64,000 nt of DNA, from contig JBAZQK010000007.1 of assembly GCA_041645215.1 (NCBI GenBank), positions 8,976-72,975 on the forward strand, given 5' to 3'. The notes under the pieces were generated by a model. It did not search any database, had not been told where the DNA came from, and worked only from the letters and a program-made list of their open reading frames with translations. The number at the start of each line of letters is the position of its first letter. Positions within the stretch are counted from its first letter, which is position 1. The DNA is from Patescibacteria group bacterium (GTDB lineage: Bacteria > Patescibacteriota > Patescibacteriia > Veblenbacterales > UBA10138). The position numbers and the translations under genes were made by a program. Shown one piece after another: positions 30,079 to 39,834 of this stretch.

Positions 30079-30220
30079 ACCCAGTATATCAACTTGGCTT
30101 AACCACCTCAGCACGAGCGTGGTTAGACAAGAATAAATGATTAAATGATTTTAGAAAAGACATAAAGTTATAATAGCTGGTGGTTAGGGCGAGTGCTAGC
30201 CAAGTTGTATTACTGGGCAT
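30079..30220 (+). mobile_element. W-family MITE-like element copy W1 (TIR acccagtatatcaacttggc / gccaagttgtattactgggcat)
   Basis: A 142-bp element that starts directly at the pyrG start codon. Its termini recur at 30221/30472, 47465/47610 and 24217-24242. Confidence 0.75.
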
Positions 30221-30472
30221 ACCCAGTATATCAACCCCGTAGAATCACGGCGGATACATCGATCAACCGTAATGTCCGGATTAATTGTAAGTAATTTGCG
30301 ATTTTCATAAATATTGATTGTCCGCCGTAACTCTACGGGGTCAACTTGGCTTAACCACCTCAGCACGAGCGTGGTTAGACAAGAATAAATGATTAAATGA
30401 TTTTAGAAAAGACATAAAGTTATAATAGCTGGTGGTTAGGGCGAGTGCTAGCCAAGTTGTATTACTGGGCAT
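30221..30472 (+). mobile_element. W-family copy W2, interrupted by nested element V
   Basis: Same termini and internal sequence as W1 (aaccacctcagcacgagcgtggttagacaag...). A 105-bp insertion lies after position 15. Confidence 0.75.
30236..30340. mobile_element. Nested 105-bp V element with TIR cccgtagaatcacggcgg / ccgccgtaactctacggg, flanked by the 5-bp direct repeat 'tcaac'
   Basis: W2 reads ...tatatcaac[V]tcaacttggc..., while the uninterrupted W1 reads tatatcaacttggc. That leaves a clean 5-bp target-site duplication. Confidence 0.7.
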
Positions 30473-30482
30473 AATAAAAAAA

Positions 30483-30929
30483 TCAACTGGCTTTAATATT
30501 TATCAATAAATTAACGGCTAGATCGCGATGCAACTGGATAGCAATAGTATGACGGCCGACGGTTTTTAAAGGCGCTGTTAATAAAATAGATTTTGGTTGC
30601 GCTTTAAATTGTTTTTTAGCCAGCGCGGCCGCGATATCGGCGCGAGTCACACTGGCATACAGCTTGCCCGAATCAGCCGCGCGGGCGTTTATTTCAATTT
30701 CCCCCATGCCTAACAGTACCGCCGCCGCCGACTGGGCTTGTTTTAAGCTATCAACCGCCAATTTAGCCGGCGTGGCGGCCTGGATTTTAATATTGGCAAG
30801 CGCTTTAGCTGTCGCCGGAATTGCCTCCCGACGCGGCAACAGATAGTTAATGGCATAACCATCACTAACTTCCTTAACCTCATTAGTATAGCCGTTACCC
30901 GGTATAGCCTTTAATAATATAACTTTCAT
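30483..30929 (-). CDS. rplI: 50S ribosomal protein L9
   Basis: 'MKVILLKAIPGNGYTNEVKEVSDGYAINYLLP' is typical of L9. Confidence 0.9.
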   Translation of the reverse strand: MKVILLKAIPGNGYTNEVKEVSDGYAINYLLPRREAIPATAKALANIKIQAATPAKLAVDSLKQAQSAAAVLLGMGEIEINARAADSGKLYASVTRADIAAALAKKQFKAQPKSILLTAPLKTVGRHTIAIQLHRDLAVNLLINIKAS

Positions 30930-31234
30930 AAAAACCAGCTGTTAGAATATCTTATTTTAAAATTTTTATCATACCTTAACGATTGCGCGGCGGCAGTAAC
31001 ACTTTTAACTATTGATAAACCAGGACTAGTTTTGAGCCAATCTATAAAATTATCCACTTGCCTCTGTTCACCCTCAATTTCCACGCTTAAACAATCGCGC
31101 GCCATTTCATTCTTTACCCACCCTACTAGTTGCAAAAGCTCAGCTTGCTTTTTTATTTGCCATCTTAAATCTACTCCCTGCACTTGTCCGTAGACTGTTA
31201 AACGCCGTCGTTGCTCGGGCATAACATTCGCCAT
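30926..31234 (-). CDS. acyP: Acylphosphatase
   Basis: 'VYGQVQGVDLRW' and 'GWVKN' signatures are present. Confidence 0.8.
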   Translation of the reverse strand: MANVMPEQRRRLTVYGQVQGVDLRWQIKKQAELLQLVGWVKNEMARDCLSVEIEGEQRQVDNFIDWLKTSPGLSIVKSVTAAAQSLRYDKNFKIRYSNSWFL

Positions 31235-31254
31235 TCATCAGCTAAATTATGATT

Positions 31255-32517
31255 TTATAAATTACTCAACAGCTCCAACGCCCGCTCCAACTGTTCGTCT
31301 TTAGGAGCGGTGCTATCGTCATTATTCTTGATTTCGATATCAGGTTTTAACCCATTTTTATCAATTGACCGACCCAGCGGCGTTAACCATTTAGCAATGG
31401 TCAGCTTGACCGCCGAACCATCAGGAAAATCCTGCAAATTCTGCACCGACCCCTTGCCAAAAGTTTGTTCGCCGACAATGGTGGCCAGTTTATAATCCTG
31501 CAAAGCGCCGGTAACAATTTCCGCGGCCGAGGCTGAACCGCGATTAACTAATACGACAGTGGGAATTTTACTTAGTTCACCCTGGCCGGCGCTATTGTAA
31601 TTGCGAATCTCATTTCCAGCCATTTGCTCCTTAACCACGACACCGTCTTTTACCCAGTGTCCGGCAATATCAATTGCCTGATCAAGAAATCCGCCCGGAT
31701 CGTTACGCAGGTCAAAAATTATCCCCCGCGGAGCTTTAGCGGCTAATTCCTGCCACGCCGCCGCAAACAATTTGTTGGCATTATTGGAAAAATGCGCCAG
31801 CTTGATATAAGCCGCCTGGCCTTGATTATTGGGTAAATTTTTAAGCTCACTCTGCACAATCTGTATTACAATTCTATCACGTACTATTTCCACAGTCTGG
31901 GGTTCAACTTTCCCTTCCGACAAAACCATTAATTTAACTTTGGTGCCGCGCTGACCGCGAATTAAACTGACCGCGTAATCTACCGCCATACCGGTCGTAT
32001 CAATATCGTCAATCCCTAATAACTTATCGCCAGCCTTTAACCCGGCGCGCTCAGCCGGAGTTTTAGGTAAGGGGGCAATTATAACCAATCGATTGTCTTT
32101 AATGCCGATTTCGGCGCCAATGCCGTCAAAACTGCCTTCCAACTCATCGGCAAATTTTTTAGCCGTGTCCGGATCCATAAAAATTGAGTACGGGTCATTT
32201 AGTCCGGACACCATTCCCCCCAACGAACCGTAGAATAACTTGGTATCACTAATCTGCCTTTCATAATAGTTATCATGCACATACTTCCATATCTTCCAAA
32301 ACAAGGAAAAATCAACATCCTTGCTTAAATATTCGGGCGCGGCTTGATTAAGGCCGGTGACTTTGCCGGCAATATTGACCAAACGACCGGTTTTAATCTG
32401 TCCGCCCAAGCCTAACCCCAAAATAAACGCCACCATAACAAAAACAACGACTAGTTTGATTGGTACTAGTCTTTTTACGGCTGACGCCAAATAACGCGAC
32501 CACGAATTCAAATTCAT
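31255..32517 (-). CDS. ctpA: Carboxyl-terminal processing protease (S41) with a PDZ domain
   Basis: N-terminal TM anchor, PDZ 'GLKAGDKLLGIDD', and S41 'VLVNRGSASAAEIVTGALQD' are present. Confidence 0.85.
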   Translation of the reverse strand: MNLNSWSRYLASAVKRLVPIKLVVVFVMVAFILGLGLGGQIKTGRLVNIAGKVTGLNQAAPEYLSKDVDFSLFWKIWKYVHDNYYERQISDTKLFYGSLGGMVSGLNDPYSIFMDPDTAKKFADELEGSFDGIGAEIGIKDNRLVIIAPLPKTPAERAGLKAGDKLLGIDDIDTTGMAVDYAVSLIRGQRGTKVKLMVLSEGKVEPQTVEIVRDRIVIQIVQSELKNLPNNQGQAAYIKLAHFSNNANKLFAAAWQELAAKAPRGIIFDLRNDPGGFLDQAIDIAGHWVKDGVVVKEQMAGNEIRNYNSAGQGELSKIPTVVLVNRGSASAAEIVTGALQDYKLATIVGEQTFGKGSVQNLQDFPDGSAVKLTIAKWLTPLGRSIDKNGLKPDIEIKNNDDSTAPKDEQLERALELLSNL

Positions 32518-32565
32518 ATTAAATTACTCTAGAAGTTTAACATGAGGCTGGGGGTAAGGTCAAAA

Positions 32566-33816
32566 CTAGATTCGTTTAATCCGTGCCCCGAGCGCGGCTA
32601 GGCGGCCATCCAAATTGGCATAGCCGCGATCAATAATTTCAACGTCATTAATAATTGTCTCGCCGGCCGCGATTAAACCGGCGATAATTAAAGTTGCCCC
32701 GGCTCGCAAATCAAACGACCTAATCTCGCGCCCATAGAGCGGAGTTGGTCCGTTTATCATTACGCGGTGCGGGTCGGCAATTAAGGTATTAGCTCCCATT
32801 TTGGCCAGTTCGGCAATATGATTCATACGACCCTCATACAACGGATCATGAATTAGCGAAGCGCCCATCGCTTGAGTGGCTAAGACCGCAAAGGGAGCTT
32901 GCAAATCAGTGGGAAATCCCGGATACGGCAGGGTTTGCAAACGAAATGATTTTAATTGCCGACTGGCGCGCACAATCATGGTTTGGCCTTTAATTTCCCA
33001 ATCAACCCCGATCTCTTTTAGTTTATATAAGACTAAGTCCATAGCCTCGGGTATAACCGGCCAAATTTCAATCTTCCCCCGCCCGACTGCCCCTAACACA
33101 GCCCAGGTTCCGGCCTCAATTAAATCAGGTATAATCTCATGAGTCGTCCCATGCAACTCACTAACGCCATCAATGCGCAAACGATGAGTGCCAATACCTT
33201 CAATTCGGGCGCCCATTTTATTCAAAAAATTGCATAGATCTTGAACATGCGGCTCGGCCGCGGCCAACTCAATAATCGTAGTGCCATGAGCCAACACCGC
33301 CGCCATAATCAAATTCTCGGTGGCGGTTACGGAAAATTCCGGCAATATAACATGCGCCCCGGTTAAGTGATTCGCCTTTAAATAGTAAGAGTCGCGCCTG
33401 GCCTCAACCATTGCCCCCAACTGGCTTAACCCCTGCAAATGAGCGGTCAGCGGCCGATTGCCAATTATGCATCCGCCCGGCTCCGGTAACTCAACCTCGC
33501 CCCAGCGAGCCAATAAAGGCCCGAACATCAAAACCGACGACCTCATGCTTTTAACCAAAGGTTTGTCCAAACCCTGTGGCTCAATCGTTTTAGCTTCAAT
33601 CCTAACCACATCCCCTTGTCGCTCAACTTTGGCGCCTAAACCCTTTATTAAATCCAACATTTTAGCGACATCAGAAATCGCCGGCACGCGTTTTAATTCA
33701 ACGGTATCGCGCGTCAGCAGGCAAGCTGCCAAAATGGGCGTCGTGGCGTTTTTGGCGCCCGGCACGGTAATTTGTCCTTGCAAAACCGCTCCGCCTTCTA
33801 TTAAAAATTTACCCAT
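32566..33816 (-). CDS. murA: UDP-N-acetylglucosamine 1-carboxyvinyltransferase. The track start is 33954; the likely start is 'MGKFLIEGG'.
   Basis: EPT family: 'LQGQITVPGAKN' and a 'C' in the active loop 'EPGGCIIGNRP'. Confidence 0.9.
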   Translation of the reverse strand: MGKFLIEGGAVLQGQITVPGAKNATTPILAACLLTRDTVELKRVPAISDVAKMLDLIKGLGAKVERQGDVVRIEAKTIEPQGLDKPLVKSMRSSVLMFGPLLARWGEVELPEPGGCIIGNRPLTAHLQGLSQLGAMVEARRDSYYLKANHLTGAHVILPEFSVTATENLIMAAVLAHGTTIIELAAAEPHVQDLCNFLNKMGARIEGIGTHRLRIDGVSELHGTTHEIIPDLIEAGTWAVLGAVGRGKIEIWPVIPEAMDLVLYKLKEIGVDWEIKGQTMIVRASRQLKSFRLQTLPYPGFPTDLQAPFAVLATQAMGASLIHDPLYEGRMNHIAELAKMGANTLIADPHRVMINGPTPLYGREIRSFDLRAGATLIIAGLIAAGETIINDVEIIDRGYANLDGRLAALGARIKRI

Positions 33817-34064
33817 GTTAATATATAATGAATGGAACCAACGGGTAACCCCGTGGTACATAGAGCTAATGATACGAGTGGGGCGACCTGTGAACCAGAA
33901 CAAGTTCAATTCACGGCCTGCATCCCGCAGTGGGCGGGATGCACCCTCATTCACCCGAAGAGTAAACCCTCCAGTACTCAGCGGCTTTATAGATTTTAAT
34001 CCAACCTTAACTTGTTAATTATAATTAAGGTCTTCATTATTGACAAGTGTAATAAATTTTTGTA

Positions 34065-35417
34065 ATGAATTTGTTTATCCGACGGCTAATTTATCTGTCT
34101 TTTTTCGCGGTTTTTTTTATTGCCACCACGACGCTGATACTTTATTTACAGGGCTGGCGCTATAACGCTGACCTGCGCAAAATCGTTAGAACCGGCGCTA
34201 TTATGATTGATACAGAACCGACTGATGTCAGGGTGTACCTAAATAACAAATTAAACAGCGCCACCGCGCCAAACACCGTCGGTTCGTTGGCGCCGCAAAA
34301 TTATGACGTGCGCTTGGAAGCCGATGGTTACCAAACTTGGCGCAAACAACTAAGCGTAAAACCATCAACTGTTACTTTTACCGGACCGCTTCATTTATGG
34401 CCTAATCAAGCAGAAGGCAATATTATAGTCTTGGGTAAAATTAAATTAAGCGAATTATCGCCCAACCGCGAAAATTTGCTTTATAACATTGAATCAGGTT
34501 TGAATGCCGGCTTGTGGGTTATTAACTTGACATCCGGCAAATCAGTTTTATTGGATCGTTCCGCCAGCCGTAAATTCGAAAAAATAGAGTGGTCGCCTTC
34601 CAGTCATTTATTCCTGGCCAAGACCACAGTCGCTTCCTCGCGCAGTTGGGAAATATTTGATCTCGCCTTAAAAACCTGGCAAAAACTGAATCTGCCAACT
34701 GCTGTAAAAATCACCTCAGTCCATTGGGGAGAAAGTAATGATAATATTTATTTTTCCACCACTGACGAATTATATTTGTTTAACCGTACCACTAACGCTG
34801 CCAAATTAGTCTGGCGCGAGCGACTGCTCGACTTCCGCGTTAATGACGGTTTAGTTTTTGGCCTTAGTGGCAACGCCACCAGCTCTATAATAATCAAGCT
34901 GCTTAACCTGGCGAGCCTGCAAACTATCCTGCTGGAACAGCCAGCCGCCCTCTCCAACAATTTGGAGTTTGGACCGGCCGGCCAGAATTGGCTGCCGCTG
35001 TTCGACCGCGACCGCCATAGTTTATATCTACTCCACTCGCCGTTTTCGGAAATCAATCCAATTCGCCGTTTACCCGAAGTCACCTCCCTTGATTGGTCGC
35101 TTGATTACAAACACCTGTTAATAAACAACAATATTGAAGTCTGGGATTATGATATCGCCCAGGATAAAACAAATTTTATTGTCCGCCTTAGCACGCCCAT
35201 CAGCCAAACCCGCTATTATATCGACCAGCCCTATATTATTATGGCGATTGATAAAGAAATTTGGGCAATGGAGCTTGATTCCCGAGATATTCAACAGCGC
35301 TGGCTGCTCGCCCAATACAATCAACCGGTTCAAGATATTTATTTGGAACAGCTTGGTAAAACTTTAATTGTTACGACGGCCGAAAAAATCTATTCCCTTA
35401 ATTTGATGACGCCGTAG
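34065..35417 (+). CDS. PEGA-domain protein with an N-terminal TM anchor and beta-propeller-like C-terminal region
   Basis: 'DVRLEADGYQTWRKQLSVKPS' matches the PEGA motif. Confidence 0.55.
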   Translation: MNLFIRRLIYLSFFAVFFIATTTLILYLQGWRYNADLRKIVRTGAIMIDTEPTDVRVYLNNKLNSATAPNTVGSLAPQNYDVRLEADGYQTWRKQLSVKPSTVTFTGPLHLWPNQAEGNIIVLGKIKLSELSPNRENLLYNIESGLNAGLWVINLTSGKSVLLDRSASRKFEKIEWSPSSHLFLAKTTVASSRSWEIFDLALKTWQKLNLPTAVKITSVHWGESNDNIYFSTTDELYLFNRTTNAAKLVWRERLLDFRVNDGLVFGLSGNATSSIIIKLLNLASLQTILLEQPAALSNNLEFGPAGQNWLPLFDRDRHSLYLLHSPFSEINPIRRLPEVTSLDWSLDYKHLLINNNIEVWDYDIAQDKTNFIVRLSTPISQTRYYIDQPYIIMAIDKEIWAMELDSRDIQQRWLLAQYNQPVQDIYLEQLGKTLIVTTAEKIYSLNLMTP

Positions 35418-36120
35418 CTTTCTTGGCCGCCAACAAATTGGCTCTGAGCAAAGAATCAAAGGTGCCGGCATCAATCCATTCGCCCTTAACTAAGTCAACG
35501 GCCAGCTCGCCGCGCTGTAAATACCAATTATGCAATTCCGTAATTTCAAGCTCGCCCCGAACTGATGGTTTGACTCCTTTGGCAATCTCCACTACCCGGT
35601 TGTCGTAAAGATACAAACCGGTGATTGCAAAATTGGATAAAAATTCCTTAGGCTTCTCCGCAATTTTAATCGCTTTCATATTAGCGTCAAATTTGACAAC
35701 TCCAAAACGCTCCGGATCGGGCACCTCTTTAGCAAAGATATGCGCCCCTGACTTAAAATCTTTAATCGTGTCAGAAAAATCATCTTCAAAAATATTATCA
35801 CCCAAAATCATACAAACATTGTCCTGGCCGATAAAGTGCTCGCCAATTATAAAAGCTTGCGCCAAACCTTCAGGTTTATCTTGAATCTCATAAGTAAACT
35901 TAGCAGCAAACTCTTTACCAGAACCTAAGAGATGCAAAAAATCGCCAGCGTGGTCTGGCGCCACAATAATTAGAATATCCCGAATATCAGCCTTTAATAA
36001 TGTTTCCAAGGGATACATTATCATCGGCTTATTATAAATGGGAAGGAGCTGCTTGCTGGTTACTCTGGTCAGCGGCCGCAAACGCGTAGCCTCGCCGCCG
36101 GCTAAAATTATGCCTTTCAT
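35398..36120 (-). CDS. rmlA: Glucose-1-phosphate thymidylyltransferase
   Basis: 'MKGIILAGGEATRLRPLTRVTSKQLLPIYNKPMIMYPL' is present. Confidence 0.82.
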   Translation of the reverse strand: MKGIILAGGEATRLRPLTRVTSKQLLPIYNKPMIMYPLETLLKADIRDILIIVAPDHAGDFLHLLGSGKEFAAKFTYEIQDKPEGLAQAFIIGEHFIGQDNVCMILGDNIFEDDFSDTIKDFKSGAHIFAKEVPDPERFGVVKFDANMKAIKIAEKPKEFLSNFAITGLYLYDNRVVEIAKGVKPSVRGELEITELHNWYLQRGELAVDLVKGEWIDAGTFDSLLRANLLAAKKATASSN

Positions 36121-37004
36121 GGCGTGAGAATATTTAAATAATCTGCTAAGGCCTCAGACCAAGGTCTAAGGCGCGGAAATTTAGTATTAATTAACACCGC
36201 TCGGACTGGTCGTTTCACACCATTATTATACTTGTCTGATTTAATTGGCACAAGTGGAGTAGAAATATTTTTTAAGCGAAATACTTCACGGGCGACATCA
36301 AACCAAGTCGCCGGTTGTTCATTCACCAAATGATAAATACCCGGCGCATAATCGCCGACAATCAACTGCCGTACGGCCTTGGCCAAATCCCGGGTATAAG
36401 TCGGCTTGCCAAATTGATCATTAACCACTTTTACCTCTGATTGTTCAGCAACAAGTTTCAATACTGTGTCAACAAAATTAAGCCCGCGCGGCTTACCGCG
36501 CTGCGGCGCGTGACCATACAGCCATGAGGTACGCACCAAATAGCCTTGATTATAGTCAATGACAAACTTTTCACCGGCCGCCTTGGATTCGCCATAAACA
36601 TTTAAGGGATTAGACCGGGCCAACTCGTCGTAACCTTGCTCGCTAGCGCCGTCAAACACATATTCTGTGGAAAAATGAACTAATTTAGCCTCCACCGCGC
36701 CGGCCGCTTCGGCCAGATGTTTAACCGCCTCGCTGTTAAGTTTAAACGCCGGTTCGCGATTTAGTTCCGCGCCGGCCACATCAGTATAACCAGTCGCATT
36801 TATGATGATTGTTGGCAACAACTTTTTTATTTGTAGCTTTAAAGACTGCTCGTTTGTGACATCTAACTCTTCTTTATCCAACAAAAATAACTCTGCTTGA
36901 CCTTGAAACTCAGGCGCTAAATCAGTCCCCAACATTCCCCGCGCGCCCAAAATAAGAATTTTTGAATTGGCAGTCTGCTCGTCCATAATTATTTTTTCTC
37001 CCAC
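36117..37004 (-). CDS. rmlD: dTDP-4-dehydrorhamnose reductase
   Basis: 'KILILGARGMLG' Rossmann motif, in RmlD-like context. Confidence 0.8.
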   Translation of the reverse strand: MGEKIIMDEQTANSKILILGARGMLGTDLAPEFQGQAELFLLDKEELDVTNEQSLKLQIKKLLPTIIINATGYTDVAGAELNREPAFKLNSEAVKHLAEAAGAVEAKLVHFSTEYVFDGASEQGYDELARSNPLNVYGESKAAGEKFVIDYNQGYLVRTSWLYGHAPQRGKPRGLNFVDTVLKLVAEQSEVKVVNDQFGKPTYTRDLAKAVRQLIVGDYAPGIYHLVNEQPATWFDVAREVFRLKNISTPLVPIKSDKYNNGVKRPVRAVLINTKFPRLRPWSEALADYLNILTP

Positions 37005-37106
37005 CTATTCTGGTCTCGTCCATAATACTTAGCCATAACGCGGCCAAAGGCTTTATCTAAATCAACCTTCATAGAATTGGCCATGGCCACAACTGTAAAA
37101 ATAATA

Positions 37107-37328
37107 TCAGCCAGTTAAAGCGGCTAATTCAGTTTCAGTCTCATTAACCTTTTTCTTCTTGGGACCATAGCGGTGATTAATTTCCCGCGCCAATTCACCT
37201 ATTTCTTCAATGAGCCGCGCCAGTTGCACATGCGGCGGCCAATAGCCTTCCCGGTACTGCTTAACCCAATCATCTACTGTTTGTTGCGCTAATTTAATTG
37301 TCAGTTGTAACTTTTTTGAATTCTTCAT
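37107..37328 (-). CDS. Small MazG-like nucleotide pyrophosphohydrolase domain protein
   Basis: An 'EEIGELAREI' motif is present. Only 73 aa, so this is tentative. Confidence 0.45.
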   Translation of the reverse strand: MKNSKKLQLTIKLAQQTVDDWVKQYREGYWPPHVQLARLIEEIGELAREINHRYGPKKKKVNETETELAALTG

Positions 37329-37695
37329 AATCTACTATATAATCAAGGCGTTCGGGATTGTAATTGGTGGATGATAAAGCCACGAGTACGCAATCCGGAG
37401 AAAAATCTTTAAAATGATGCCAGATATAAACGCCAACATAAATGGCGTCGCCTGGCTGCAAATTAATGTCCCGTCGGCCGGAACCATCATCTATTTCCGC
37501 CGTTACCTCGCCCTGAAAACAAATAAAACATTCCTGCTCAAGTTTATGAGCGTGCTGGCCAGTTGGTTTAACCGCATTGGTAACGGCGTAAACGCGTTTA
37601 ATGGGAAAATCAATCTGCTCCTCAACTTCCAGTGGAATCAATGAAAAGCGGTCATCAGTATGAACTGGTAAGGTAAAAATCTTAAATAACCCCAT
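37294..37695 (-). CDS. fdtA: dTDP-4-keto-6-deoxyglucose 3,4-ketoisomerase (FdtA/WxcM-like cupin)
   Basis: 'IKRVYAV...HAHKLEQECFICFQGEV...DDGS...YVGVYIWHHFKDFSPDCVLVALSS' matches FdtA family conservation. Confidence 0.7.
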   Translation of the reverse strand: MGLFKIFTLPVHTDDRFSLIPLEVEEQIDFPIKRVYAVTNAVKPTGQHAHKLEQECFICFQGEVTAEIDDGSGRRDINLQPGDAIYVGVYIWHHFKDFSPDCVLVALSSTNYNPERLDYIVDYEEFKKVTTDN

Positions 37696-37698
37696 ATT

Positions 37699-38703
37699 TT
37701 ACAAGATATGTGTATTAATAGCCGCCTGACGTTCCTCTATGCGTTTTACCCAATCAGTATGCTCTTGGTACCACTTAATAGTTTCACGTATGGCTGTAGC
37801 AAATATATATTTAGGCTGCCAACCAAGCTCACGTTCAATTTTGCTGGCATTTATGGCGTAACGCCGGTCGTGGCCAGGCCTATCAGCCACAAAAGTAATC
37901 AAACTTTCCGGTTTACCAAGTTCGGCTAAAGTTATTTTAGCAATTTCTAAATTAGACATTTCATTATTGCCGCCGATATTATAAACTTCGCCGGCCACGC
38001 CCTTATGCAGAATTAAATCAATGGCCTCGCAATGATCAAGCACATACAACCAATCGCGTACGTTCAAACCGTCGCCATACAAAGGTACCGGCTGATCTTT
38101 AAGCGCCCGAAAAATAAAATAAGGAATTAGTTTTTCGGGAAATTGATACGGACCGTAATTGTTGGAACAATGGCTTACTACTACCGGCGTGCCAAAGGTT
38201 TTATAAGCCGCCCGGCACAACAGGTCACCGCCAGCCTTAGCGGCCGCGTAAGGCGCATTAGGCTGGAATGGAGTTTCTTCAGTAAATTGTCTGTCGTCAT
38301 CCAGCTCTAATGAACCATAAACTTCATCAGTTGAAATTTGTACTATTTTTTTTACGTCATAACGTCTGGCCGCGTCCAGCAAGATTTGCACGCCCAAAGT
38401 ATTAGTAACTACAAAATCCCGCGCGCCCATATGAATACTGCGGTCCACATGAGTCTCGGCGGCAAAATTAACAATCGCGTCACAACCTTCAGCCAAAACC
38501 TCTTCAACCTTGGCCGCGTCAGCTATATCACCCTGAACAAATTTATAGTTCGGCTTATCGGCCCAATCAACCAAATTATCCAGGTTGCCGGCATAAGTAA
38601 GCTTATCAAAGTTGGTCACCTGATAAGACGGATATTTGTTTAAAATATGGCGCACGAAATTTGAGCCGATAAATCCCGCGCCGCCGGTAACTAATAATTT
38701 CAT
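37699..38703 (-). CDS. rmlB: dTDP-glucose 4,6-dehydratase
   Basis: '[15 protein letters not shown]', 'YAAAKAGGD' and NAD-dependent SDR features are present. Confidence 0.92.
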   Translation of the reverse strand: MKLLVTGGAGFIGSNFVRHILNKYPSYQVTNFDKLTYAGNLDNLVDWADKPNYKFVQGDIADAAKVEEVLAEGCDAIVNFAAETHVDRSIHMGARDFVVTNTLGVQILLDAARRYDVKKIVQISTDEVYGSLELDDDRQFTEETPFQPNAPYAAAKAGGDLLCRAAYKTFGTPVVVSHCSNNYGPYQFPEKLIPYFIFRALKDQPVPLYGDGLNVRDWLYVLDHCEAIDLILHKGVAGEVYNIGGNNEMSNLEIAKITLAELGKPESLITFVADRPGHDRRYAINASKIERELGWQPKYIFATAIRETIKWYQEHTDWVKRIEERQAAINTHIL

Positions 38704-38753
38704 AAAATTATAACTATTCTCCCATTTCCGCCAAAGGCGGACAGGCGTACGAA

Positions 38754-39032
38754 TTAGACTAATGGTAAAATGTTCTTTACCACCAAGGGCAATGGTTCGG
38801 CTAAACGATAATACATTTGCAAACTGCGCTGTTCCTTTTCCACAATATCAGCCGCCGCTAAAACTCCCAAATGTTTAGAAGTGGAGCGAAATGACAGTTT
38901 AATAGCCGAGGCTATCTCACCGACCGGCGCTTCCGGATTAGTTTTAAGATATTTAATAATGGCCAAACGGCGACGGTTGGCTGTGGCCTTAAGCACTCTC
39001 TCTAAATCTTTCATATAAACATTATAACACAA
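38754..39032 (-). CDS. ArsR/SmtB-family HTH transcriptional regulator
   Basis: 'RRLAIIKYLKTNPEAPVGEIASAIKLSFRSTSKHLGVL' is a wHTH motif. Confidence 0.75.
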   Translation of the reverse strand: MCYNVYMKDLERVLKATANRRRLAIIKYLKTNPEAPVGEIASAIKLSFRSTSKHLGVLAAADIVEKEQRSLQMYYRLAEPLPLVVKNILPLV

Positions 39033-39070
39033 TTATTCTTATTCCACCATTCGTACGAATTAGCCGTTGA

Positions 39071-39781
39071 TCATCTAATGGATAAATAATGACTACGTTG
39101 TTGGGGTGATAATTTTTCAATGGCATAACGCAGCATCGTGCGCGGCATTCGGGACGCGAATTTATCCAAAAAAACAATTTCGGTTTTTAGTGAACGCTTA
39201 CCTACCTCCCTCAGCATCCAACCCACAGCTTTATGCATTAAATCATGTTTATCTTTTAATAATAATTGAGCTAATTTTAAAGTATCAGCGTACTGACCTT
39301 GGCGAATAAAATAAAAGGTGGCCAACACGGCGATACGGCGCTCCCAAATATTTTTTGATTTAACTAGTTTATACAAAATCGCCTGCGATTTATCAACCAA
39401 ATAAGTTCCCACGATTTTTGGCGCGGTCAAATCCACTAAATCCCAATTATTAATATATTTAGTATTGGCTAAATAAAACCTAAAGATTCTCCCCTGCTCC
39501 GTCTTATGGGCTTTACCAAACCTATCAACTAAAATCAATAAAGCAGTTAGTCGCTCTTCGTGAATTTTAGAATGAAGCAACTTGTCAATCTCGCCCCAAG
39601 ATAAATTAACATATTGGCGAGCCAAACGGCGCGAATTTGGAACTATTATACCCAAAAACATATCTCCCTCGCCATATTCCCCCGGTCCGGTTTTAAAAAA
39701 CCGCTGCAAAATTTTGGCTTTTTGCGGACTAGCTAATTTTCTTAAATCAGAACGTAATTCTTGAAGCATAGGCTTAACCAT
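39071..39781 (-). CDS. DNA alkylation repair protein (AlkD-like HEAT-repeat glycosylase family)
   Basis: The N-terminus '...LASPQKAKILQRFFKTGPGEYGEGDMFLGI' is typical of the DNA_alkylation family. Confidence 0.65.
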   Translation of the reverse strand: MVKPMLQELRSDLRKLASPQKAKILQRFFKTGPGEYGEGDMFLGIIVPNSRRLARQYVNLSWGEIDKLLHSKIHEERLTALLILVDRFGKAHKTEQGRIFRFYLANTKYINNWDLVDLTAPKIVGTYLVDKSQAILYKLVKSKNIWERRIAVLATFYFIRQGQYADTLKLAQLLLKDKHDLMHKAVGWMLREVGKRSLKTEIVFLDKFASRMPRTMLRYAIEKLSPQQRSHYLSIR

Positions 39782-39834
39782 TTGTTATTAAACATCTAAC
39801 TCAAACAATAAAGGCACGCCACCATGTTTCCTAA

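Noticed and set aside
30079-30114. N-terminal extensions of pyrG (GTG start), the UXS-like gene (TTG at 60060), the C39-like gene (to 27634) and the TrpR-like gene (to 63880)
   Set aside because: The extra codons are encoded by repeat elements (W1, Y2, Y1 and the operator repeat). Conserved N-terminal motifs begin at the internal ATGs.
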